A DNA stretch of 64,000 nt from an uncultured bacterium (GCA_963749495.1 CAVVMW010000006.1:96001-160000); one strand, 5' to 3'. Numbered from the stretch's first letter, positions 10,676 through 22,838 are shown. The notes: a model not told the origin generated them from the letters alone. A program made the numbers and translations.

Positions 10676-11344
10676 GTGAGACCGCTTGCTGAGTGCCGGC
10701 TTTATGCGTTCGTGGACACGGCCTGCCTGCGCGGGCGCGCCCCGGAACAGGTGGCCCGGGAATTGTGCGAGGGCGGGGCGGACTTGATTCAACTGCGCGC
10801 CAAGCAATCCACACCCGCGGAGATATTTCGCATGGCCCAGGCCATCCTGCCGGCGACCCGCCGGGCGGGCGTGGGCCTGGTCATCAACGATCACCTCTGC
10901 GTGGCCCTGGAGGCGGGCGCGGAGGCCTGCCACCTCGGCCAGGAGGATTTCTTCGGTGCCGGCCACACCCATGTGGGCGCCCTCCGCCCTTCGGGCGCCG
11001 CGTTGCGCATCGGCTTGAGCACCCACGCCCCCGAGCAGGCCAGGCGCGCCCTGGAGGCAGGCGCCGATTACCTCGCCATCGGCCCGGTCTTTGCCACCGC
11101 GACCAAGCCCCAGGCCAGGCCCGTCACCCTCGATTACGTCCGCTGGGCCTCCAACAACGTGGCTGCGCCGTGGTTCGCCATCGGCGGCATTACTCTGGAA
11201 AACCTGGACTCGGTCCTGGCCGCCGGCGCCCGCCGCATCTGCGTCGTCTCCGCCATCCTGAACGCCGGCGACATCGCCGCCGCCTGCCGCAGCTTCAGGC
11301 AGCGCCTGGATGTCGAACGCGGCGCTGCGCCGACCGGGAGATAG
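10676..11344 (+). CDS. thiE: Thiamine-phosphate synthase
   Basis: 'IQLRAK', 'VINDH', 'HLGQED', 'GLSTH', 'GPVFATATK', 'FAIGGI'. Confidence 0.92.
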   Translation: MRPLAECRLYAFVDTACLRGRAPEQVARELCEGGADLIQLRAKQSTPAEIFRMAQAILPATRRAGVGLVINDHLCVALEAGAEACHLGQEDFFGAGHTHVGALRPSGAALRIGLSTHAPEQARRALEAGADYLAIGPVFATATKPQARPVTLDYVRWASNNVAAPWFAIGGITLENLDSVLAAGARRICVVSAILNAGDIAAACRSFRQRLDVERGAAPTGR

Positions 11345-11449
11345 AGCCTGGGCATTTCACTTTTTTGCGCGGGCTTGCTGGCTCCTGAAGTTCGCCTCTA
11401 CGACGCAACAGCAGGCCCATGCCTGTGCTGTAGGGCCTGAGAATAGTCC

Positions 11450-11715
11450 GTGACCTCCATCTCGAAGGGATGGTGTTCACTCAGCCCAGGGTTGAACGCG
11501 CTACCCTGGGTTACGCCGCCCGTGACCGGTTACCCTGAAAGGGTTATATCGCGCTTGCGTGTGCCGCGTCCGACAAGCGATACATGCGGGCTCGAGACCG
11601 GTTGCGCGCTGTCGATGAAACCCCTTCAGGGTTTTCAGGGTTTGGCGGGCTCGGTCCCAGGGTAGCGCGTTCCGCGCAACCCTGGGCTGAGTGATTGTAT
11701 CCCTTCGGGATGAGT
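11450..11715. repeat. Intergenic palindromic REP-like element
   Basis: CAGCCCAGGGTTG...CAACCCTGGGCTG and CCCTGAAAGGGTT...AACCCCTTCAGGG inverted pairs. Confidence 0.7.
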
Positions 11716-11830
11716 TAGAGGGGCTACCCAAGAAAGTGGAATGCGCCCAAAGCCGAGACAGCCTGCCGATTTGCATTGCCACAGAGGGTGGCAACCCATA
11801 GCTTGGGCGGACCATTAAACCTCGGTTCGC

Positions 11831-12730
11831 ATGAGCGTTTTGATTGTTGGTTCGACTGCGCTGGATTCCATCAAGACCCCAAAGTCGGAAAACCCGCGTC
11901 TGCTCGGGGGCTCAGCCAGCCACGCGGCGGTGGCGGCCAGCTTCTTCAGCCCGGTCCAGCTCGTGGGGGTTGTCGGGGACGATTTCCCCCGGCGCTACCT
12001 CCAGCTTTACCGGCGGCATGGCATCGAGCTGGAAGGGCTGCAGATTCTGCCTGGCAAGACCTTCCACTGGTCGGGCGAGTACGAGGCCAACATGAACAAC
12101 CGCCGGACGCTGCTGACGGAGTTGGGGGTCTTCGAGACCTTTTCGCCGGCCCTGCCCAAATCCTACCGGAACGCCCCGTTCGTGCTGCTGGCCAATATCG
12201 CGCCGGCCCTCCAGTTGCACGTGCTCGAGCAGATGGCCCGGCCCCGGTTCGTGGCCGCCGACACCATGGACCTGTGGCTCAACATCGCCCTGCCGGACCT
12301 GCTCGCGCTGCTCAAGCGCCTCGACGCCTTCGTGCTCAACGACAGCGAAGCTCACCAATTGACCCGGGAAGATAACATCTTCGCGGCGCTCAAGGAGCTT
12401 CATAAACTGGGCCCCAAATACGTGATCATCAAAATGGGCTCGCACGGCTCGATCCTCTCCGGGCCGCGGGGCCTCTTCATCTGCCCCGCCTACCCGCTGC
12501 GCAAGGTGGTGGACCCCACCGGCGCCGGGGATTCGTTCGTGGGCGCGATGATGGGCTGCCTGGCCGCAGCCAGGGGGAGCATCGACGACCACATCCGCCG
12601 GGCGATGACTTGCGGCAGCGTGGTGGCGTCCTTCTGCTGCGAGGGGTTCGGCCTGCAGCGCACCACCCGGCTCACACACAAGGACATCCGGCAGCGGCTC
12701 CGCCAACTCAAGGCACTGACCCGGTTCTGA
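11831..12730 (+). CDS. PfkB/ribokinase-family carbohydrate kinase
   Basis: N-terminal 'LGGSASHAA' and C-terminal 'VDPTGAGDSF' PfkB signature. Confidence 0.9.
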   Translation: MSVLIVGSTALDSIKTPKSENPRLLGGSASHAAVAASFFSPVQLVGVVGDDFPRRYLQLYRRHGIELEGLQILPGKTFHWSGEYEANMNNRRTLLTELGVFETFSPALPKSYRNAPFVLLANIAPALQLHVLEQMARPRFVAADTMDLWLNIALPDLLALLKRLDAFVLNDSEAHQLTREDNIFAALKELHKLGPKYVIIKMGSHGSILSGPRGLFICPAYPLRKVVDPTGAGDSFVGAMMGCLAAARGSIDDHIRRAMTCGSVVASFCCEGFGLQRTTRLTHKDIRQRLRQLKALTRF

Positions 12731-12746
12731 CCCTGAAAAGGGCAAT

Positions 12747-12873
12747 TCAACCACGGATGAACACGGATAAACACGGATTTACTGAGGAAGGGCAACAAGC
12801 GGCGTTCGTCCACACTCTAAGCCCCTCCGCGCACTCCCACATCCGTGTTTATCCGTGTCTATCCGTGGTTGAA
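12747..12873. repeat. REP-like palindrome
   Basis: TTCAACCACGGATGAACACGGATAAACACGGAT ... ATCCGTGTTTATCCGTGTCTATCCGTGGTTGAA. Confidence 0.8.
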
Positions 12874-12901
12874 GGAGCTGAACTGCAGGATTTAAGCTGA
12901 C

Positions 12902-13210
12902 ATGGACCAGGCCTTCGAGTTGCCCATAGATGGGGTGCTGGACTTGCACACGTTCAAGCCGGCCGAGATCAAGGACCTCATCCCGGATTACTTGGCCGCG
13001 TGCCGGGAGCGGGGGATTTGCCAGGTGCGCATCATCCACGGCAAAGGAATCGGGAACCTGCGGCGGACAGTCCACGCCATCCTGGCCCGGCACCCGGAGG
13101 TGGTCTCCTTCACCCTGGACCATCCGCAATACGGCGGCTGGGGCGCCACGCTGGTCCGCCTGCGCGAGCCCAGGGCGCCGGAGAAGAGCGGAATGACGAA
13201 TGACGAATGA
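12902..13210 (+). CDS. Smr/MutS2 C-terminal-domain protein
   Basis: 'LDLHTF', 'IIHGKGIG', 'GGWGATLV'. Confidence 0.9.
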   Translation: MDQAFELPIDGVLDLHTFKPAEIKDLIPDYLAACRERGICQVRIIHGKGIGNLRRTVHAILARHPEVVSFTLDHPQYGGWGATLVRLREPRAPEKSGMTNDE

Positions 13211-13449
13211 CGAATGTAGTGTGTCGAGTGGACGCAGGCGGCAGTGTCGGGATGCGAGCCAGGGCCGAAGGCCCGTCATGTGATAGCCTGGGCTAGAGCG
13301 AAGCGGAGGCCCAGGTAAGGGGGTGTCCCTCGAAAAAGGTCCCGGCCTGTAAGGCAGGGACCCGGTGCTCGGAGCGGCTGGTGAGATTAAAATGCTCGGT
13401 GCAGCAAGACGTTGTAGCGCCTGTCTCCACGAGCGCCGCGAGTCCGGAC

Positions 13450-13540
13450 CTTTGTCGGAATCTTTGTCGGGCTGGCTATGCCTCGACAAAGGTCGCGACA
13501 AAGGTTGCGACAAAGGTTGCGACAAAGGTCGGGGCAAAGG
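13450..13540. repeat. Hairpin of 12-bp CGACAAAG tandem units (family copy)
   Basis: CTTTGTCG x2, loop GGCTGGCTATGCCT, then CGACAAAGG x4. Confidence 0.85.
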
Positions 13541-13565
13541 TCTGGGATCGGATGCTGGATGTCCC

Positions 13566-16347
13566 TTAAGAGAGGGCGTGCCCCGGGGGGACGTGCTCGG
13601 TGTCCATCTCACAAGTCGGCGGGGGCTTAACATTGTCAAACTCCTCGGGGGCCGGCGAAGGCGCGGGCGCCGGGTTTTGGATTTCGAGCTGCACGCGGGC
13701 GAACTCGCTGTCGAGACCGGCCAGGAGCGGTTGGGCGCCGGCGATGGACCCTGCGTGGCCGAGGGCCTCGAGTTGGCGGGCGAGGTCAGAGACGAGGGTG
13801 GCGCCGATGTTCGCGCTTGCGCCCTTGAGGGCGTGGGCCGTGTTTCGAAGGGCTGCGGGGTCCTGCTCGCACACGGCCCGACGCAGGGCGGCGATGGATT
13901 CGACGGCGCTGGTCTGAAAGACCTCGTAGAGTTCGGTGAGGACGGAGGGGCCGAGGCTGGCGGCGAGTTCCTGAAGACGTTCGGTCATATCCGGGTCGAG
14001 GACCGGCGTTGCGGGCGCGGATTGGGTGGAGCTCTCCTCGGGGGCTGAGTCAGTCTGCCTCGGATGGGCGGGGCCCAAGGGGGCGGTTTCCACCCTGGCG
14101 GGCTTGGCGGGGCGCGAATTGTCGGGCGCCGGCGTTGCCCCGGCGCGGTCCGGACGATTGGCGGTCCAACAGTTCAGGGCCGCGGCGAGGTCCTCGAGCC
14201 GGACCGGTTTGCTGATGTAATCGTCCATGCCGGCGGCCAGGCAGCGTTCGCGGTCGCCCTGGATGGCCTTGGCGGTCATCGCGACTACGGGCAGATGCGG
14301 CTTGCCAGCCAGGCGGCGCCGGAGTTCGGTGGTGGCGTCGAAGCCGTTCATCTCGGGCATCTCGCAATCCATGAAGACGATGTCGTAGGGGACCAACTCG
14401 ATCATGTGGAGGGCCTCATTGCCGTTGGCGGCGACATCAACACGGCAGCCGAGGTTTTCGAGCATCAGGCGGCCCACCTTCTGGTTGGTGGCGCTGTCGT
14501 CCACGACCAGCGTGCGGGCATTGAACCTGGGAGCCCATTTCGCGGGGGCGCCCGGTTCCGGGCGGGGAGGCTGCGGGGCGGGGTCGAGGCGGGACTTGCC
14601 AGGCGCAGGCGGCCCAGGCCTCGGCGAGCACGTCCCAGAGCTTGGAATGGCGGACGGGCTTGACCAGGCAGGCAAAGGCGCCGGCCTCTTTGAGGCGGTG
14701 GGAGGCCTCGGGGTGGCTGACCAAGGTGAGCAGGATGAGGACGGTGTCCCGCAAAACGGGGTCCGCCTTGATGGCGCGGGCGAGCATCTCGCCGTCCATG
14801 CCGGGCATCTGGTAGTCCAGGACGGCGATGTGGTAAGGGTCTCCTGCGGCGTGGGCCTCGCGCAGGATGCGCAGGGCCTCCTCGGCGGAGGCATAGCTGC
14901 CGTTGCGCAGTTGCCACGCGGCAATCTGCTCGTGCAGCACGCGGCGGTTGACCTCGTTGTCATCCACGATCAGGATGCGGACCCCGGACATGTCGAGGTC
15001 CTCGGGCGCGGCGCTCTGCTGCGCGGGGAGGGGGCAGAGGAGCTTGAACCAAAAGGTCGAGCCGCTGCCCGGAACGCTCTCGACGCCGATGCTGCCGCCC
15101 ATCAGTTGGACCAACTGCTTGCTGATGGTCAGGCCCAGGCCCGTGCCGCCAAAGCGGCGGGTGGTGGAGGCATCGGCCTGGGTGAATTTCTCGAAGATGC
15201 GGCCGAGCACCCCCGGGGCGATGCCGATGCCGGTGTCGGTGACCGAGAACTTGAGTTGGGCGGAGTCTTGGGTCTTGGTTTCGGACTCGAGGTTGATGAG
15301 GACGTGCCCCGTTTCGGTGAACTTGACGGCGTTGCCGACGAGGTTGGTGAGGACCTGGCGGATGCGGGCGGGGTCGCCGATAATGCGCGGGGGGGCCTCC
15401 GGGGCATAGCGGAGAATGAGGTCCAGCCCTTTCTCAGCGGCCCGGGGTGAGAGCAACTCGCCGACCTCCTCGATGGCGGTCCGGAGATCGAAGGGGATGG
15501 ATTCCAGGGAGAGTTTGCCCGCCTCGATCTTCGAGAAATCCAGGATGTCGTTGATGAGGGTGAGGAGGACCTCGGCGCTGGAGCGGGCAATCTGGAGGAA
15601 CTCCCGCTGGCGGGGGGACAGGTCGGTGTCGCTCAACAGGCCGAGCATGCCGAGGATGCCGTTCATTGGGGTGCGGATTTCGTGGCTCATGCTGGCCAGG
15701 AAATCGCCTTTGGCCTCGCTGGCCTCGATGGCGGCGGCGGCCATTTGGTTGGCGCAGCGGTTGGCAGCGGCCAATTCGGCGTTGGCGGCCTCCAGGTTGC
15801 GGGTGCGCTCGCGGACCATCTTCTTGAGGTTTTCCATCCGGTGCTTGGCCTCCTGGCCCAGGCGCCATTTCTCGGTAAGGGCATTGGCCAACTGGAGCAC
15901 TTCCACGACATCGAACGGTTTCTTGAGGATGACGAGGCGGTCAGAGCTGCCCAGGCGGCGGACCATCTCATCCCAGGAATAATCCGAATAGGCGGTGCAG
16001 ATAACGATCTGCAGGTCGGGATCCAGCCGCCACAGTTCGCTGGTGGTTTGAACGCCGTCCCAACCGGGGGGCATGCGCACGTCCACGAAGGCCAGGCCGA
16101 ATGGGCGCCCGGCTTCGATGGCCTGGCGCAGCTTCTCCAGCCCTTCCTGTCCCTGGTAGGCGGACTCGACATCAAAGCCGGCGGGCGCGCTGGGCGCGGC
16201 ATCCTTGCCGAAGAGCGCGGCCTCGACCTCGCCCACGGCCTGGCGGTCGGGCTCCGGGCAGAGGATCTTGCGAAAATCGCTGTGGATGGCGCGATTGTCG
16301 TCGATGACCAGGATGCGGCGCACTTGAGGGGTGGTCGAGTCGGGCAT
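13566..16347 (-). CDS. Hybrid histidine kinase REC-HisKA-HATPase-REC-REC-HPt, frameshift near 14590
   Basis: '[11 protein letters not shown]', 'GGTGLGL', three receiver motifs (DVRMP, DYQMP, DCEMP) and HPt 'AHALKGAS' split over ORFs 14437..16347 and 13566..14963. Confidence 0.88.
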
Positions 16348-16349
16348 AC

Positions 16350-19300
16350 CTAGTTTGCGGGTTGGGGCAGGGGCAGTTCGAGGATGAAGGTGGCGCCCTG
16401 GCCCAGGCCGCTGCTGCGGACGCTCAAGGAGCCGCCCATTTCGCTGGCCGCCAGCGCGCCGCTGTGCAGGCCAAAGCCATGGCCGTCTTTGCGCGTTGTA
16501 AAGCCGTGGTTGAAGATCCGGGTCAGGTTCTCCGGGGCGATGCCCACGCCGTTGTCCGAGATCGAGATGCGGACCCGCTCATCGCCGTTTTCCACCCGCA
16601 CGGTCATCTGTTTGTCGGGCCGGCCGGACTCCTCGCAGGCGTACTTGGCGTTGCGGATGAGGTTGGTGAGGATCTGGAGGACCTTGTGTTTTTCGACGAG
16701 GATCTGCAACGGGCTCGGGTGGTATTGGCGGGAGAGTTGGATGTCGTGGCGGGTCAGCGCCGCCTCGTTGAGGCGGAGGGCATCTTCGACCAGGTCGGTG
16801 ACCGGGACTGTTTCGGCAACGCCGACGAACCTGGCGTAGCTTTGCTGCATGGCGACGATGTCCTTGATGTGTTCGATGTTGGCGCCCAGTTCGGTGAGTT
16901 CCCGGATGCCGGCGCTTTGCTCGCGGGCCAGGTGCTCGGCCAATTGGGCGAGGTAGCCGAGGACCTGTTTGCCGCGCGGATCGGTGGTGAGGAAGGGACC
17001 CAATTCGGCCTGATGCTCGCGCAGCAAGACAACGGCTTTGGCCAGGCCGCCAACCTTCGAGCGCCTGAGTTTGTCGGCAACGATGGTGGCGGAGATGTTC
17101 ACGCTGTTGAGGACGTTGCCCACATTGTGCAGGACGCCGGTGGCCACCTCGGCCATGCCCGCCTGGCGCGAGGCCTCGACCAGCCCCTTCTGGGCGGCCT
17201 CGAGGCGGGCCTCGGCTTCCTTCTTTTCGGTCACGTCCCAGAAGATGACCTGCAGGCCCAGCGGATGATTCTCGGCATCGTAGAGCGGGGTCTTGATGAC
17301 CTGGACGTAGATTCTGTGGCCGGCGGCATTGCGGTTTTCCTCGACGGTCTCGAGGGGCCGGCCGCTGCGGATGACCCGCTCATCATCACCGCGGTATTTG
17401 GCGGCGAGGGCCTGGGGGTAGAGGTCGAAGTCGGTCTTGCCGATGATCTGGTCCATGGGCTTGCCCACGGTGCGGCAGAAGAACTGGTTGGCAAAGGTGA
17501 AGCGGCCTTGAAGGTCCTTGCGGATGATATTCTGGGGGAGGCTCTCGACCAGGGAGCGCATGAATCGTTCGGAGGTTTGGAGGGCGGCCTCGGTGAGCTT
17601 GTGTTGGGCAATCTTCTCCTGGAGTTGGGTGGTGCGCTGCCGGACCTTTCTGCGCAACAGGCCGGCCCAGGCCAGGCAGAGCAGGAGAACGGAGCCCAGC
17701 GCCCCAAGGCTCAGCAGCGTGCGGCGCGCCGTCCACCAGGAAGGCTCTTGGAGCACCTGGATGTCATCCGGCGCATTGAGGTACATCTGGAAGGAGGCCA
17801 GCGTCTGGCCAAAATCGGGCAGGGCGTCCGTCTGGGCCTTGAACACGCCGGTCAACCGGAGCCGACTGCCCACCCGGAGCCGCGAGACCATCTGGGGACT
17901 GGCCGGGAGCAGGGCCGAGAACCGCCGTTGCTGCCGGGTATCCTGGCACTCCAGGACCACCAGCATCTCCTCGGTGCTGGCGCCCAGTAGAATCGCCTCG
18001 ACCTGCGCCCGAGTCGCGTCCTGGGTGCTCAACTCGGTCTCCAGCAGGTTGATGGGCTTGGCCGGCGGCAACACCGCCCGGCCGACCTTGCGCACCAGGG
18101 CCTGCACCACCTTGGGTGAGAACCCATCGGGCTCGGCCAGTCCAACCACCTCGACCTGGTCCCCGGCTTGCACCTGGACCTCGGTCCGGGGATAGACGCG
18201 CAACCCCTCTTCGCCCTGCTGGACAAAGAGCAGCCGTGGCCCGGCGTAGGTGACCACCCCGGCAGTCTTGACCAGTCGAATGGCCTGGCCGTCTTTGCGC
18301 GAGCCGGCCTCCATCACCAAATTGAGCGGCAGCGCCTGCAGGGTGAATGGGTCGGGCGGCGCTGCGCGGACCATTGCGATGCACTCGGCCGAAGGCGCAA
18401 CCAGGCGCACGCCCAGGCGGCGATTGCGGCTGTTGCGGACCGGGTCGCAAACGCCCTGGACCCGGACGACGCAGCCCACGAGCCGCTCCTGGACCTCTTT
18501 GCTCAGTTCATTGAGCCACACGACCAACCGCCCGCCCGTCACCACCAGGGTCAGCCGATGGTCTTCACAGGCGCTGACGACACCCTCGATCTCGACCCAC
18601 TGCGCGTCCTCCTTGCCGCTCATGAGCGCCTCCCAGGAGCACCGATGCGGCTCGGGCATCCGCCCCCGCGCCAGGATCTTCACCGGGGCGGTTGCAAAAA
18701 TCGCCTGCTCGTCAACGGCCTGCACTCCTTCCAATTCCACCCAGAGCCCCTCCTGATTCAAGTGAGGGGCCAGGCCTGCTGCCAGTTGATCCCAAACAAG
18801 GATGCCCTCGCCCGCGTCCTGGAAATAGAAGCTGCCCAAGCCCAGGTCGATATAGGTAATAACGCCGTGGAGCTTTACAGGGGTTTGTTTGCCTGGTTGC
18901 TTTTGGAAGCTCTCATAGACCTGATCGACCCGCGTGATGGGGCCCTGCGGGACGTTTGACTCGGGCGCCCGCTGGCGCAGCCCGGGCTCGTTCGTGGCTG
19001 CGGGCCGCCACTGGGCCAGGCGCAAGATCGGCTTACGTTGCTCGCACTCCAAGAACCCGATGGCCTCGATGGGAACATTGAGCGGCAGGAGCGGAGGCCG
19101 CTGAGACAGAATCTTGAGCTGGTTTGTGAGATTACCGATGATGAGGCCCTCTTCCTGCGTCGTTTGGATGAGCTGGGCCGTCACCCGAACGGGGCTGCCG
19201 GGAGCCACCGGCGCATTGGCTCTCGACAGCGCCTCGAGCGTCCTCCGGGGCCAGGCCTCCCAATCCCCCTGGTCAGATGCCGCCAAGGCGACATGGTCGA

Positions 19301-20996
19301 GATCGGGCACCCAGATGGTGCCTGCCACGCGCTGACCTTCCCGGGTGAGCACGGGCTCTACCACTCCCTGGACACGCAGACGGCAACCCGCGAAAAAGCG
19401 GGGCTGCACGTGCTGAGGGTCCAACACTTTGACGATGAGCGCCCCGTTAGGCCCGGCCAGCCGAAGGTCCGGGTGTGAGAGGTCAGCCGAGACCGACTCA
19501 ATCCGGCCTTCAACTGAACCAAAGAGGAAATGCTGATCAGTGCCAAAGGGTTGGTTCGGGCGCATGTCAGCCTGGAAGGTGAGAGGACCCAGGTGGGTCA
19601 ACTCAGGCTGTTGGACGCTTGGGGTGCCACGCCCGAGTTGCAGCCCTCCGGAGAGCCGCACGCGTTCTCCCGGTTGGACTTGGATATCGGAGGAATTCGG
19701 CTCGAAGAACTGAAATCCGCTCTCATCCAGGAACCCGAGGGTGCGCGATTGGGGCGTCCAAGCCACCGCGACCCCCTCCAGGCGCATCCGGATGGGCTGG
19801 GGCGGCCTGGTTCGCACTGCGCTGAGCCAACGCAGGCTAATGACAGGCAGTTCGTCGCCCGGTAAGTATTGCCATTGTATCCAACTGGACTTGTTGGTGC
19901 CCCCGGCCGCCGCAAAATCCAACCACTTGGTGCTGGCATTGCCGTCAAAAGCCGCCGTGGCCAGTTCCATCGGCGCGTTCTCCCCTTGGGCGGAGACCAC
20001 GATGGAGACCTTGCCGTTGCCGTTGCCCTCATCCGAGGCATAGATTGGCTCGATCTCCGCCAGTTGCACGCAGGTGGCCCCGCCAGGTAGTCCTTCGGGA
20101 ACCCGCACCGAATCGATCTTGAGCCGGTACCAGGCAAAGCGGGCCGGGTTGGCCAACATGAAGACCCGTCTTTGGAAGCGGGTGCTGAAGCTCTCGTTGT
20201 GACGCGTTTCCAGCGTCGTCCAGGTCCTGCCCCGGTCATTGGAGCCTTCCAGTCGCCAGTTCCGGGGGTCGCGGCACGGGAAATCGTTGGCCGAGGTCAG
20301 GGCATAGCCGATCAACGTCCGGATCGGGTGCGTCGCCTGGTCGTCCAACCGGGACAGGATTTCCGGCCCTCGCTCGCCCAATGGATTTCGAGCGGCAGCG
20401 CGCTGGGCTAGGACGCGGTATTGACTGAGATTCGTCACCAGCACCGCCGGGTCGAGCGTGTACTGACACTGCAGCCAGCATGCTCCCGTCGCGTCGGCCA
20501 AACCGTGCCAGCGGGTGTCCGGATCGTTGTCGAAGGCCTGCATCGCGGGGCGCATCACGGGGTCCTCCCTGGAACACGAGACTGCGGCATACAGGTCGGC
20601 CTCGCGCGCCACACCCACGACCGGACCCAGCAGTTCCAATTCGGCCAATTGAACCGAGGTCGGCCGGTCAATGTGCAAACGGTACATGCCAAAGGCGGCC
20701 CGGTTTGAAATCGGATAGACCCGTCGTTGAGAACGGGCCCGAAACGACTGATTAGTCTGGACGTCCAGCAACTTCCAGGTCCGCCCGTCGTCATTCGACC
20801 CCAGCAACCTCCAGTCCTTGGGGTCGTCAAACTCGCCGTGCGAGGCCGAGGTCAGGGCGTATTCGGTCACTACTCGCCCCGGCCCGGCAAGGCCCGCTTG
20901 GCCCAAGCCGGGCAAGTTCCCCAAAAGCCAGCCGGTGAGCAGGAACGCCAAGCCCCTGCCCACGGACGGTCTGCACATCTCATAGCCAAACTTCAT
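16350..20996 (-). CDS. Giant membrane sensor histidine kinase: discoidin/F5-8-like repeats, OB-fold-like repeats, TM, PAS, kinase
   Basis: Signal peptide; two 'YALTSA..DP..W.L.GSND' blocks; repeated 'WVEIEGVV'-type units; TM 'WWTARR...'; PAS '[10 protein letters not shown]'; '[13 protein letters not shown]'; 'GHGFGLH'. Confidence 0.88.
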   Translation of the reverse strand: MKFGYEMCRPSVGRGLAFLLTGWLLGNLPGLGQAGLAGPGRVVTEYALTSASHGEFDDPKDWRLLGSNDDGRTWKLLDVQTNQSFRARSQRRVYPISNRAAFGMYRLHIDRPTSVQLAELELLGPVVGVAREADLYAAVSCSREDPVMRPAMQAFDNDPDTRWHGLADATGACWLQCQYTLDPAVLVTNLSQYRVLAQRAAARNPLGERGPEILSRLDDQATHPIRTLIGYALTSANDFPCRDPRNWRLEGSNDRGRTWTTLETRHNESFSTRFQRRVFMLANPARFAWYRLKIDSVRVPEGLPGGATCVQLAEIEPIYASDEGNGNGKVSIVVSAQGENAPMELATAAFDGNASTKWLDFAAAGGTNKSSWIQWQYLPGDELPVISLRWLSAVRTRPPQPIRMRLEGVAVAWTPQSRTLGFLDESGFQFFEPNSSDIQVQPGERVRLSGGLQLGRGTPSVQQPELTHLGPLTFQADMRPNQPFGTDQHFLFGSVEGRIESVSADLSHPDLRLAGPNGALIVKVLDPQHVQPRFFAGCRLRVQGVVEPVLTREGQRVAGTIWVPDLDHVALAASDQGDWEAWPRRTLEALSRANAPVAPGSPVRVTAQLIQTTQEEGLIIGNLTNQLKILSQRPPLLPLNVPIEAIGFLECEQRKPILRLAQWRPAATNEPGLRQRAPESNVPQGPITRVDQVYESFQKQPGKQTPVKLHGVITYIDLGLGSFYFQDAGEGILVWDQLAAGLAPHLNQEGLWVELEGVQAVDEQAIFATAPVKILARGRMPEPHRCSWEALMSGKEDAQWVEIEGVVSACEDHRLTLVVTGGRLVVWLNELSKEVQERLVGCVVRVQGVCDPVRNSRNRRLGVRLVAPSAECIAMVRAAPPDPFTLQALPLNLVMEAGSRKDGQAIRLVKTAGVVTYAGPRLLFVQQGEEGLRVYPRTEVQVQAGDQVEVVGLAEPDGFSPKVVQALVRKVGRAVLPPAKPINLLETELSTQDATRAQVEAILLGASTEEMLVVLECQDTRQQRRFSALLPASPQMVSRLRVGSRLRLTGVFKAQTDALPDFGQTLASFQMYLNAPDDIQVLQEPSWWTARRTLLSLGALGSVLLLCLAWAGLLRRKVRQRTTQLQEKIAQHKLTEAALQTSERFMRSLVESLPQNIIRKDLQGRFTFANQFFCRTVGKPMDQIIGKTDFDLYPQALAAKYRGDDERVIRSGRPLETVEENRNAAGHRIYVQVIKTPLYDAENHPLGLQVIFWDVTEKKEAEARLEAAQKGLVEASRQAGMAEVATGVLHNVGNVLNSVNISATIVADKLRRSKVGGLAKAVVLLREHQAELGPFLTTDPRGKQVLGYLAQLAEHLAREQSAGIRELTELGANIEHIKDIVAMQQSYARFVGVAETVPVTDLVEDALRLNEAALTRHDIQLSRQYHPSPLQILVEKHKVLQILTNLIRNAKYACEESGRPDKQMTVRVENGDERVRISISDNGVGIAPENLTRIFNHGFTTRKDGHGFGLHSGALAASEMGGSLSVRSSGLGQGATFILELPLPQPAN

Positions 20997-21333
20997 AACC
21001 ATCGGCTCTCTGCTCCCAAGGTCCTGTCTGCGCCCTGCCGCCCTGGAGCCCGCCGGGGAGCGGCCACGCAGGGCAGCAGCGAATCGGGCCTCCCCCGTTG
21101 CCGCATTCCCAGTGCCAGAGTCAGGAACAGTCCCGCACTCGACGCTATCAACGGTTGAGCCCGGCTCAGCGGGCCGGCCCCGCAGGAACCCGTAGGCCGC
21201 GCGCCCTGACGCGGCGCCCCTTCTGTCGCCTCGTGTAGTACCCCGTTATCGGCCCGTTCCGGGGAAGACATGAGGAAAATCCGCCCCCGGAAAGGGGGGC
21301 GGGCGCAGGCGAACTCGCGAAGTAAGGCCTCAG

Positions 21334-21448
21334 AAGGTGTGAAAAGACCGATTTCTGGCGCCAAGGACCGCAAAAACCTTCAGAATCCCCAGGAAAACAG
21401 AGAGAAGTTTTCGGGGCGGTTGTCCGTTCTGGCATCTTCTCACACCTT
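21334..21448. mobile_element. 115-bp MITE-like element with terminal inverted repeats and CTCAG flanking repeat
   Basis: AAGGTGTGAAAAGA / TCTTCTCACACCTT ends; CTCAG at 21329-21333 and 21449-21453. Confidence 0.65.
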
Positions 21449-21529
21449 CTCAGTGAAGGCGGACACAAAGTCCCCGTGCCGACCCTGACCCCGGCCCTCT
21501 CGGTCCACGGTCCGGGGCGTGGGAATCAT

Positions 21530-21790
21530 CGCGCGTCGCGTAGCGACGCAGTGAGGGTAGCCGTGGACCTCGGTCCACGGTTCAGGGAGTGGGAATGGTC
21601 ACGCGTCGCGTAGCGACGCCTGACAGCTCGCGGTTTTCAGGCGTCGCTACGCGACGCGGTTGAGCTTGGGTCATGGGTCCGTGGACTGGAAGTCCACGGC
21701 TACCATCGGGCACCGCTACGCGGTGAGCCGGGGCTACGGAGAATTCTCCCTCTCCCCATCCGATGGGGAGAGGGTCGGGGTGAGGGGAGC
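21530..21790. repeat. Two adjacent REP-like elements (CGTCGCGTAGCGACG type; CCCTCTCCCC..GGGGAGAGGG type)
   Basis: Three GCGTCGC(G/T)..GCGACGC palindromes; the second type recurs at 44810-44960. Confidence 0.75.
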
Positions 21791-21825
21791 CTCTCTGGCT
21801 CAGGTCTTCCAGTGCGTGCCGCCGC

Positions 21826-22758
21826 TCATTCCCAGAGTCTCTCGGGATAGTCGCCCTGTCGGATGAGGCGGCGGATGTTCTCGACGACGCGGGGTCGGTC
21901 CTGGCGGTAGGTGATGCCGAACCAGGAGTCAGGGGTTCGCAGCACCTTGAGCCGTTCCTGGCCCCGGCTCACGAGCGCGTTGACCACGGTGGGGATGAAG
22001 AACTCCGCCTCCTCATCGTCGGGGTGAGTCTGGAGGAACGAAGCCATCTCGACAGAGAGATGAGCGAAGATGGTCGGGCTGAATCCCCACATGTTGAGGG
22101 AGACCGTCTCGGTGCCTGTGAGTGGATGGACCGCTCCGGAGGGGTCGGTGTGCTTGACGGCGTCGCCGTCCCACTCGATGCGGGTCAGCTCGACAACCTG
22201 TTCCAGGAGATCGTCCGGGGTTGTGCGGCAGACGCCGCGCGCCACATGGCCGAATTCGGAGAGGGTGTTTCTGAGCACAAACCCCACCATGGCATAGTCG
22301 CGGCTGCCGGAGAGCAGGTGGCGGGCGAGCAATTCGTAGGAGTGGCGGCCGTAGAAATCGTCGGCGTTGATGACGGCGAAAGGTCCGTGGAGGGCCTGGG
22401 CGCCCATGAGGATGGCATGGCCGGTGCCCCAGGGTTTGCGGCGATTGGGAGGCGGCGCCCAGCCAGACGGCAGCTTGTCCAGTTCCTGGAAGACATAGTC
22501 CACCGGCAACCGGCCCTCGAAGCGGGAGCCGAGGATCTCTCTGAAAGGCCGTTCGATGTCCCGGCGGATGACGAAGACGAGCCTGCCAAAGCCGGCTCGC
22601 AAGGCATCATAGATCGAGTAATCCAGGATGGTCTGGCCATCGGGCCCGACCGGGTCGATCTGTTTCAAGCCGCCGTAACGGCTGCCCACGCCCGCAGCCA
22701 GAACCAGCAGTGCCGGCTTGGCCGGCGTTCCTTCAGCAGCGCTCCAGTCTTGGTCCAT
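21826..22758 (-). CDS. Sugar nucleotidyltransferase-family protein
   Basis: 'LAAGVGSRYGGLKQ', 'PWGTGHA', 'INADDFYG'. Confidence 0.88.
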   Translation of the reverse strand: MDQDWSAAEGTPAKPALLVLAAGVGSRYGGLKQIDPVGPDGQTILDYSIYDALRAGFGRLVFVIRRDIERPFREILGSRFEGRLPVDYVFQELDKLPSGWAPPPNRRKPWGTGHAILMGAQALHGPFAVINADDFYGRHSYELLARHLLSGSRDYAMVGFVLRNTLSEFGHVARGVCRTTPDDLLEQVVELTRIEWDGDAVKHTDPSGAVHPLTGTETVSLNMWGFSPTIFAHLSVEMASFLQTHPDDEEAEFFIPTVVNALVSRGQERLKVLRTPDSWFGITYRQDRPRVVENIRRLIRQGDYPERLWE

Positions 22759-22838
22759 CTCATCCTGCGCGCGGCTAGGGCCGCCAGTGCAGGACTATAT
22801 TCTCACCGTCCAGGGCTCGGATTTCAAATGAAATCCCC

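Noticed and set aside
13450..13540. CRISPR-like or coding repeats from the CGACAAAG units (ATKV/SQPL peptides)
   Set aside because: 12-bp contiguous units in inverted arms; the peptides are spurious translations of intergenic repeats
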